Origin: Polyangiales bacterium
Lineage (GTDB): Bacteria > Myxococcota_A > Polyangia > Polyangiales > Ga0077539
DNA: 64,000 bases
Direction: 5' to 3'
Assembly (NCBI GenBank): GCA_046351555.1
Contig: JAXLYI010000006.1
Location: forward strand, 58,284 to 122,283
Of this stretch, positions 57,629-64,000 are shown one piece after another (position 1 is the first letter of the stretch; each line of letters opens with the position of its first letter). The translations under genes were made by a program, and so were the position numbers. The notes under the pieces were generated by a model. That model was not told the origin of the DNA. It made no database searches and saw only the letters and a program-made list of their open reading frames with translations.

Positions 57629-57779
57629 AACCTTCGAGGCACACGCGACGCAAAGCAGCGCTGCCGCCCCGGATTCCAGATTGTCCACGTAGACAAGTGG
57701 TTCCGCTCGTGGCTACATTCGTCGACGCAGCAGCCAGAGGTTCGAGCTTCGAGAGACGAGTCAACACGGAGGAGATGCC

Positions 57780-57971
57780 ATGCCGCCCGGTTCCCGCGAG
57801 CCCGTCGTGTTGATTCCCAGCCATCCCCACGATCGCCCCGACCCCGAAGTGGGGCAACGCGTGCGCGACGCGGTCAAGCGAAGCAACACCGGCGCGCACC
57901 CGCCGGCGGGCCGCAAGCCCCCCGCCAACGACGCCGCCTCGCCCCGCTACGACGACCTCCGCATCGGCTGA
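57780..57971 (+). CDS. small Pro/Arg-rich ORF (63 aa) with a good Shine-Dalgarno, in a long intergenic region
   Basis: GGAGGAG lies 5 nt before the ATG. GC3 is mostly high. No homology can be assessed by eye. Confidence 0.25.
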   Translation: MPPGSREPVVLIPSHPHDRPDPEVGQRVRDAVKRSNTGAHPPAGRKPPANDAASPRYDDLRIG

Positions 57972-58042
57972 CCGGGCCAACGGGTGCCGCGCGAAGTCCG
58001 CGGTTGACGGGGGAGGGCGTTCCGGGCGAAACGTGCCCGAAC

Positions 58043-59359
58043 ATGGCCAGCACTTCCCTGGAGTTCTCGTCCCTCGAAGCCCACCGCGCCTGGCTGAAGT
58101 CCCAGTCGCCCCTGCCGCGCGGCTTCCGCGTGGGCTCGACGCGCTTCGGGTTCGTCCCCGCCGAGGTCCACAAGCCCGCGGCGATGACGCTCACGCTCGT
58201 CGCCCTCGACCGCCCCACCGACGCCTTCGCGGCGATGTTCACCCGCAACGCCTTCCCCGGCGCGCCGGTGGTCATCGGCCGGCGCCGCCTCGACGCGCCC
58301 GCCGTCGCCGCGGTCGTCGTCAACAACAAGGTCTCCAACGTGTGCGCGCCCGGCGGCATCGAGGCCTCCGAGCGCCTCTGCGCCGGCGTCGCGTCGCTCC
58401 TCGGCGTCCGCCCCGACGAGGTGATCCCGAGCTCCACCGGCGTCATCGGCTGGCGCCTCCCCATCGAGGCCATGATCGGCGCGCTCCCCGGCGCCGTCGA
58501 GGCGCTCCAGGGCGAGTCCGTCCTCCCGGCGGCCGAGGGCATCGTCACCACCGACCTCTACCCGAAGGTGCGCCGCGCGGTCGTCGGCGACGGCTCCATC
58601 GTCGGCATCGCGAAGGGCGCCGGCATGATCGAGCCCAACCTCGCGACGATGCTCGTCTACCTCTTCACCGACTGCGACGTCCCCCGCGACGAGCTCCGCA
58701 GCGCCCTGCGCGCCGCGGTGGACGGGTCGTTCAACCGCATGTCGATCGACAGCGACACGAGCACCTCCGACACCGTCGCGCTCCTCTCGTCGCGCCGCGT
58801 CCCGTGCGACCTCGACGCCTTCCGCGCCGCGCTCGCCCGCGTGTGCGCCGACCTCACCGAGGACGTCGTGCGCAACGGCGAAGGGGTCCACCACGTCGTC
58901 CGCGTCGCCGTCCGCGGCGCGCCCGACGAGGCCCTCGCGCTCGGCGTCGGCAAGGCCGTCGTCAACTCGCCGCTGCTCCAGTGCGCCATCTGCGGCAACG
59001 ACCCCAACGTCGGCCGCCTCGTCATGGCCATCGGCAAGCACGTCGGCGCCGCGGCGCCCGGCGTCGACCTCGCGCGCTGCACGCTCTCCATGGCGGGCCG
59101 GGTGATCTTCGCCGACGGCGCCTTCCGCCTCGACCACGGCACCGAAGAAGCCCTCGTCGCCCACATGAAGGCGGCAGAGCTCTACGCCTCCGTCGCGCCC
59201 GCCGACGGCCTCACCTTCCGCCCGCCGGTGCGCTACCCCCCCCACGAGCGCGCCGTCGAGATCGCCGTCGACCTCGGGCTCGGCAAGGCCGCGTGCACCG
59301 TGCTCGGCGCCGACCGCTCGCACGAGTACGTCTCCGAGAACGCCGACTACCGCACCTGA
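58043..59359 (+). CDS. argJ: bifunctional glutamate N-acetyltransferase / amino-acid acetyltransferase (ornithine acetyltransferase), ArgJ family
   Basis: The autoproteolytic site context is GMIEPNLATMLVYLFTD (ATML). Length is about 440 aa, with the typical ArgJ fold pattern. Confidence 0.85.
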   Translation: MASTSLEFSSLEAHRAWLKSQSPLPRGFRVGSTRFGFVPAEVHKPAAMTLTLVALDRPTDAFAAMFTRNAFPGAPVVIGRRRLDAPAVAAVVVNNKVSNVCAPGGIEASERLCAGVASLLGVRPDEVIPSSTGVIGWRLPIEAMIGALPGAVEALQGESVLPAAEGIVTTDLYPKVRRAVVGDGSIVGIAKGAGMIEPNLATMLVYLFTDCDVPRDELRSALRAAVDGSFNRMSIDSDTSTSDTVALLSSRRVPCDLDAFRAALARVCADLTEDVVRNGEGVHHVVRVAVRGAPDEALALGVGKAVVNSPLLQCAICGNDPNVGRLVMAIGKHVGAAAPGVDLARCTLSMAGRVIFADGAFRLDHGTEEALVAHMKAAELYASVAPADGLTFRPPVRYPPHERAVEIAVDLGLGKAACTVLGADRSHEYVSENADYRT

Positions 59360-60006
59360 GGCGACGGCGACGGTTCGAGCGCCGCGCCGACGCCCTCGAT
59401 GCGCCCCATGAGCTCGCCGAGGAGCTCGCCGAGGCCGTCGCCCTGCGGCGTCTCGGCGAAGCGGAGCACCGTCACCTGCATCCGCAGCCGCGCGCACAGC
59501 CCGAGGAGCTCGTCGCGCTCGCGCGCCGCCCGCTCGCGCATCGCCTGGAGCCGCCGCGCGCCCTCCATCGCCGCCGCCGCGGCCTCCGCCGCGCCCCGGT
59601 CGCCGCGCGCCAGGCGCTCCGCCCGCGCCGGGTCGAACTCCTCCCCCGCGAGCACCTGGTCGAGCTCGTGGACGCGCGCGTCGAGCCCCGCCACGTGCTC
59701 GGTGAGCCGACGGAGCTGCGCGTCGGTGGGAAGCAGCGGCGCGAGCGTCGGGTGCGCGAGGCGACGTCGCGTCGCGGCGAGCGCCTCGGCGAGCAGCTCG
59801 CACTCGCGGACCACGCGCGCGCTGGCGGCGCGGGGCGCGGCGGAGGGCTCGCGCTCGCCCGGGGCCGCGAGGAGCAGCGGCACGTAGAGCGGCCAGAGCG
59901 TGAAGGTGAGCAGCGCGTCGGCGAGCGAGGGCCGGCGCGCGTGGAGGGCCCAGGCGCACCCGACGCCCACGACGAGGTACGCCACGGCGAGGTCGAGGAG
60001 CCTCAC
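59347..60006 (-). CDS. membrane-anchored coiled-coil protein, function unknown (third gene of a three-gene overlapping operon)
   Basis: The GTG start overlaps the upstream stop (GTGA). One N-terminal TM helix is followed by a helical domain. Confidence 0.4.
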   Translation of the reverse strand: MRLLDLAVAYLVVGVGCAWALHARRPSLADALLTFTLWPLYVPLLLAAPGEREPSAAPRAASARVVRECELLAEALAATRRRLAHPTLAPLLPTDAQLRRLTEHVAGLDARVHELDQVLAGEEFDPARAERLARGDRGAAEAAAAAMEGARRLQAMRERAARERDELLGLCARLRMQVTVLRFAETPQGDGLGELLGELMGRIEGVGAALEPSPSPQVR

Positions 60007-60839
60007 GGCTCGCCCCCCTCGTCGCCCTCGTTGCCGTTCCGAACGTCGGCCGCGCGACGCCCCGAGTACAGCACCGCCGAGCGCGCGGTGGTGGCGACGG
60101 CGGCGAGGAAGTCTCCCTCCAGCGCGCGGACGAAGGGGACGTGCTCGGTGCGCGGGCGCACGACGTAGGGCCGGAGGATCCACGACGTCTGCGCGCCCAC
60201 CAGCGCGAAGAGGGCGACGACGGCGAGGCCGACGCGCGCGCCGCCTTCGCCCGCGCGGGCGAGGCCGCGGAAGGTGAGGCGGGCCGCGGCGACGCCGGCC
60301 ACCGCGCACACCGCGACGACGGCGAGGATCACCCGGTGGTAGCCCATCGACCACCCCTGCGAGAGCCACACGACCGGCGCGAGCCCGAGGAGCACCAGCG
60401 CGAAGCGCGCGCACGAGGCGAGCGAGAGGGCGACGACGCGGCGGGCGCCGAGCGAGAGGTCCGCGGCGCGCGCGAGGGCGACGAAGGCCGGCGTGCACAC
60501 CACCAGCGTGACGCCGAGCAGGAGCGGCACCTTGAGGGCGCACCAGACCACCTGGAGGCCGCCGCGGTGCGCGCCCACCACGGCCCCGAACGCGCCCGCG
60601 CCGACCGCGACGGCGGCGAGGAGCACGCGCGCGAGGCCCGCGGCGGAGGCCGGGTCGGCGAGGGCCTCGTCGGAGGCCGCGAGGAAGCCCGCCGGGTCGC
60701 GCATGAGGAGCTCGAGGCGGCCGATGGGGCCGTCACCCACGGGCGCCACATCGGCGGCCTCCGCGGGGGCGGCGGGGGGCTGGGAGGCCGCGGGCGCAGC
60801 GGCGGGGAGCGAGGGGAACAGGGAGGCTTCCGTGGTCAT
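60003..60839 (-). CDS. polytopic membrane protein, function unknown (second gene of the operon)
   Basis: 278 aa from MTTEASLFPSLPAA with 5 to 6 TM helices. It overlaps the upstream gene by 4 bp. Confidence 0.45.
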   Translation of the reverse strand: MTTEASLFPSLPAAAPAASQPPAAPAEAADVAPVGDGPIGRLELLMRDPAGFLAASDEALADPASAAGLARVLLAAVAVGAGAFGAVVGAHRGGLQVVWCALKVPLLLGVTLVVCTPAFVALARAADLSLGARRVVALSLASCARFALVLLGLAPVVWLSQGWSMGYHRVILAVVAVCAVAGVAAARLTFRGLARAGEGGARVGLAVVALFALVGAQTSWILRPYVVRPRTEHVPFVRALEGDFLAAVATTARSAVLYSGRRAADVRNGNEGDEGGEP

Positions 60840-61339
60840 CGGGTCACCGTGTGGGCGAGGGCGAGGAGGGTGCGGGCGCCGAGCGCGAGGGCGAGGAGCG
60901 TCCAGCCGACGGCGGCGGGGCTGGGCCGCGGGAAGGCGTTGCGGGCCACCGCGCGCACCGCCGCGACGCCGACCAGCACCACCGCGCCGGCCAGCAGGAA
61001 CCACGCGGACCCCGTGCGCAGCGTGGCGGAGAAGTAGGCCGCGGGCGCGGCGAGGCCGAGGAGCACGGTGCCGACGCCGCCGAGGGAGTCGGCGACGTGG
61101 CGGGCGACGCGCTCGGCGGGCAGGCGCTGCCCCGACCAGACGCCGACGAGGTAGAGCGGCGGCGTGGCGAGCAGGGCGCTCCCGACGAAGAGGGCGGGGG
61201 CCATCCAGAGGCCGTGGAGCATGGCGCGGGCGCCGTGGCCGACGGCGGCGGCGAGCCCGAAGGCGGCCGAGCCGGCGAGGCCGAGGGCGAGGCTCCGCGG
61301 GATGGACGCCGCGGCAAAAGGGGTGGACAGGGCGGTCAT
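60836..61339 (-). CDS. polytopic membrane protein, function unknown (first gene of the operon)
   Basis: 167 aa from MTALSTPFAAASIPRSLALGLAGSAAFGLAAAV with 4 TM helices. Confidence 0.4.
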   Translation of the reverse strand: MTALSTPFAAASIPRSLALGLAGSAAFGLAAAVGHGARAMLHGLWMAPALFVGSALLATPPLYLVGVWSGQRLPAERVARHVADSLGGVGTVLLGLAAPAAYFSATLRTGSAWFLLAGAVVLVGVAAVRAVARNAFPRPSPAAVGWTLLALALGARTLLALAHTVTR

Positions 61340-61526
61340 GGGTGGGCGACTCCTCCGCGCAGGCGAGAGCCGTCTCGCCCGCTGCACCCGGAGGTATGAA
61401 GGAGCGATGTGGACGTCCCGCGGTACGCCCGGAGGAGCTTCCCGGGAGGAAATGTGGCGGTCCCGTGGCGGTCCCCGCGTCGCCGACAATTCGCGCCCGG
61501 CCTCGCTCTATGATACCCGCCGTCCC

Positions 61527-62543
61527 ATGCGACGCACGGTGTGGACCACCCTCGGCATGACGGCGCTCCTCGGCACGGCCTGGGCGCAGAACCAACCGCT
61601 CCCGCGCGACGGGGTGCTCCAGGCCAACGTCGGGCGCGTCCGCCTCCAGGCGCCCGCCCCCACGGCCGGCGCGCAGGGGACGGCGCAGGCCCCGACCGCG
61701 CGCCCCTCCGGGCGGATGTTCGGCGGCGTGAGCGAAGACCGTATTCTCGAGGCGATCCGCACGGCCCACATTGACGGTCGCCACAACGTCGGGAGCACGA
61801 GCGTCAACTTCCACCTGGTGCTCTCTGGCGGCATCGACGCGGCGTGGAAGCCCTGCTACGTCGACCACTGCGAGCGCTACCGGGCGGAGATCGCGGCCTA
61901 CCGGCTCAACCGCCTGCTCGGGCTCACGCGCGTGCCGCCGGCCGTCTCGCGCGTGGTGTCGCGGGGCTCACTGCGCCTCGCGCGCCCGACCACCATCCCG
62001 ATCGTGTTCGACCGAGCCGACGAGGCGCGCGGCGCGGCGATCTACTGGGTGCCCGTGATGCGCGACTCCGGGATCGACCGCGAGCGCGACATCGAGCGCT
62101 GGACGCGCTGGCTGCACCAGGGCGGCGACATCCCGGCCGACCAGTCGACGCGCGCGGAGGAGGTGTCGACGCTGCTCGCGTTCGATTTCCTCACCGGCAA
62201 CTGGGATCGCTGGAGCGGCTCGAACGTCCCGATGGACCCGGGCGGCCACCTCGTCTACCGCGACAACAACGGCGGCTTCGAGGAGCCCTTCGTCGAGGGC
62301 CTCATGCGCCGCTCGATGCAGTGGCTGCGGCACACGGAGAAGTTCAAGCGCTCGGTGATCGACCGGGCCCGCGGGCTCACCGAGGCGTCCGTCCGCGCGG
62401 AGATGGCGCTCGACCCCGACCGCGCCCACCCCCCGCTCACCGACCCGCAGATCCGCTCGCTCCTGCGCCGCCGCGACGCGCTGGTTCAGTACGTGGATGG
62501 GCTCGTCGCCCGCCACGGCGCGCGCAACGTCTACGTGTGGTGA
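61527..62543 (+). CDS. secreted Fam20C-like (Golgi casein kinase-like) atypical kinase-fold protein
   Basis: The signal peptide is MRRTVWTTLGMTALLGTAWAQ. Fam20-type signatures are LLAFDFLTGNWDRW (cf. LIGNMDRHHYE) and HLVYRDNNGGF (cf. DNGRGFG). Confidence 0.5.
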   Translation: MRRTVWTTLGMTALLGTAWAQNQPLPRDGVLQANVGRVRLQAPAPTAGAQGTAQAPTARPSGRMFGGVSEDRILEAIRTAHIDGRHNVGSTSVNFHLVLSGGIDAAWKPCYVDHCERYRAEIAAYRLNRLLGLTRVPPAVSRVVSRGSLRLARPTTIPIVFDRADEARGAAIYWVPVMRDSGIDRERDIERWTRWLHQGGDIPADQSTRAEEVSTLLAFDFLTGNWDRWSGSNVPMDPGGHLVYRDNNGGFEEPFVEGLMRRSMQWLRHTEKFKRSVIDRARGLTEASVRAEMALDPDRAHPPLTDPQIRSLLRRRDALVQYVDGLVARHGARNVYVW

Positions 62544-62556
62544 TACTGTCGAGCGC

Positions 62557-63465
62557 GTGAGCCCCGCGCGCCCGCTCGCCCTCGCCCTCGCCCTCGCCGC
62601 CTGCAGCGACCCGCCGGGGCGCCCCCGCCCCAACCCCACGGCCGACGTCCCGCGCGCCGACGTCGCGGCCGACGCAGCACCCGACGACGTCACGGCAGAC
62701 GCAGCGCCCGACGACGTCACCGCCGACGCTGTCACGGCCGACGCCGCCAATGACGCGCCCTCCGATGCGGCGCCCGACGTCGCCACGGCGCGGCTCCGCG
62801 TGCTCTTCGTGGGCAACAGCTACACGTACTACAACGACCTCCCGATGATCGTGTCGCGCATCGGCGACGCGGCGGCGCGGGCAGGCCGCGGCCCGTCGAT
62901 CGAGAGCGCGTCGGTGGCGGTGGGCGGCGCGACGATCCGCAACCACTGGGACACCGGCGACGCCCCGCGGCGCATCATGAGCGAGTCGTGGGACGCGGTG
63001 GTGCTCCAGGGGCAGAGCGTCGAGCCCGCGCTCAACTTCACGGAGTTCCGCACCTACGGCGTCCGCTTCGGGATGCTGGCCAACACGTACCGCGCGCGGC
63101 CGGTGTACTACGCGACGTGGCCGCGGCGCGCGGGCGACGCGGTGTACATGGAGTCGTGGTCGGGCGGGACGCCGGAGGCGTTCAACGGGCGGCTCCACAC
63201 GGCCTACAGCCAGGTGGCGGCGCAGGTGATGGGCGCGGTGGCGCCGGTGGGAAACGTGTGGATGGCGGCCCTCGCCGCGCGCCCGTCGGTGACGCTCTAC
63301 GACGCCGACGGGAGCCACCCCTCGCCGTCGGGCTCGTGGCTCGCGGCCTGCGTGCTCTACCGCGCGCTGGCGGGCGTCGCCGCGCCGCCGGAGAGCGACG
63401 GGGCGGCGACGGGCGTGGCACCCGCGGACGCGCGCGCGCTGCGCGAGCTCGCGTCGGCGCCGTGA
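62557..63465 (+). CDS. lipoprotein with SGNH/GDSL-hydrolase-like fold (putative)
   Basis: The GTG start gives a lipobox LALALALAACS. The tether is ADAAPDDVT x2, encoded by a 27-bp tandem repeat. A GDSL-like block reads LRVLFVGNSYTYYNDLP. Confidence 0.45.
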   Translation: MSPARPLALALALAACSDPPGRPRPNPTADVPRADVAADAAPDDVTADAAPDDVTADAVTADAANDAPSDAAPDVATARLRVLFVGNSYTYYNDLPMIVSRIGDAAARAGRGPSIESASVAVGGATIRNHWDTGDAPRRIMSESWDAVVLQGQSVEPALNFTEFRTYGVRFGMLANTYRARPVYYATWPRRAGDAVYMESWSGGTPEAFNGRLHTAYSQVAAQVMGAVAPVGNVWMAALAARPSVTLYDADGSHPSPSGSWLAACVLYRALAGVAAPPESDGAATGVAPADARALRELASAP

Positions 63466-63517
63466 TCGCGCGTGTGACTTGACGAAGCGTGCGGGGCGCG
63501 CGAGGCATCGTAGCGGC

Positions 63518-64000
63518 ATGCGAGTCGGCGTCACGGGAGCGACAGGGATGATCGGGCGGCGGCTCGTGGCGGCGCTGCGCGCGCGGGGCGACGAGGTGAC
63601 GGTGTTCTCGCGCGACCCGGCGCGGGCGCGGACTTCGTTCGTGGGGGCGAAGGCGCTGGCGCTCACGTCGATCGACGGCCCGACGCTCTCCTCGCTCGAC
63701 GCGGTGGTGAACCTCGCGGGCGAGCCCGTGGGTTCGAAGCGCTGGACGCCCGAACACAAGGACGCGGTGATGCGCAGCCGCGTCGAGGTGACGCGCGCGG
63801 TGGCCGACGCGATCGGCGCCGCCTCCCCGCGCCCCGCGGTGCTGGTGAACGCGAGCGCGGTGGGCTTCTACGGCCCGCGCGGCGACGAGGAGCTCGGCGA
63901 GGACGAACCGCCGGGCGACGACTTCCTGGCGCGGGTGTGCGTCGCGTGGGAGCGCGAGGCCGAGCGCGCGGAGGCCCACGGCGCGCGGGTGGTCCGGCTG
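63518..64000 (+). CDS. NAD-dependent epimerase/dehydratase family protein (YfcH/TIGR01777-like), 5' portion; runs off the window end
   Basis: The N-terminus is MRVGVTGATGMIGRRLVAALRARGDEVTVFSRD, a Rossmann GxxGxxG. ..NLAGEPV..RW and ..AVLVNASAVGFYGP.. are typical of the YfcH subgroup. Confidence 0.6.
   Translation, partial: MRVGVTGATGMIGRRLVAALRARGDEVTVFSRDPARARTSFVGAKALALTSIDGPTLSSLDAVVNLAGEPVGSKRWTPEHKDAVMRSRVEVTRAVADAIGAASPRPAVLVNASAVGFYGPRGDEELGEDEPPGDDFLARVCVAWEREAERAEAHGARVVRL

Noticed and set aside
57629-57779. tRNA or other structured RNA gene in the long hisS-argJ intergenic gap (the GGTTCGAGC element looked T-loop-like)
   Set aside because: No acceptor-stem/anticodon-arm complementarity can be built around it. 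There is no cloverleaf, and no tRNA-like sequence elsewhere in the window.

Overview
This is a 64 kb, very high-GC (about 70%) bacterial chromosomal segment. Gene content points to a Myxococcota-like genome: many lipoproteins with acidic Pro/Asp/Ala-rich tethers after the lipobox Cys, several beta-propeller proteins (WD40, RCC1, PQQ-like), an ECF sigma/anti-sigma pair, a MopE-like Cys/Asp motif, and families of Cys-rich repeat proteins. I call about 60 protein-coding genes on both strands. Many of the long ORFs in the six-frame track are antisense or out-of-frame artefacts of the GC bias; these are listed under noticed_but_rejected. I found no rRNA, tRNA or CRISPR array.

Housekeeping genes:
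- a 5' fragment of malate synthase (aceB-like), divergent from a RamB/ScfR-type regulator
- murI, kup, uppP, pruA-like P5C dehydrogenase, hisS, argJ

Accessory or unusual content:
- An AbiEi/AbiEii abortive-infection pair precisely bounded by perfect 25-bp direct repeats. A palindromic operator overlaps the abiEi promoter.
- A Phd/VapC toxin-antitoxin pair.
- A KdpE plus N-terminally truncated KdpD-like two-component system sitting directly upstream of kup.
- A Tat-exported Rieske protein followed by a vicinal-Cys, diiron-like lipoprotein.
- An ECF sigma/anti-sigma module translationally coupled to two paralogous Cys-rich lipoproteins. The same Cys-rich module recurs about two dozen times in a 1683-aa giant lipoprotein.
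- A secreted beta-rich protein plus an S55 (SpoIVB-like) peptidase in one operon.
- An alpha/beta-hydrolase fused to a NADAR domain.
- A secreted Fam20C-like atypical kinase homologue.
- A prion-like GGFGQP-repeat membrane protein.
- A secreted protein built of about 20 degenerate PLFF-type repeats.
- A 20-codon ORF with a perfect Shine-Dalgarno.

Coordinates were placed by hand on the ORF-track frames. Start codons may be off by a few codons, and my hand indexing of the raw text may be off by 1 nt in places.
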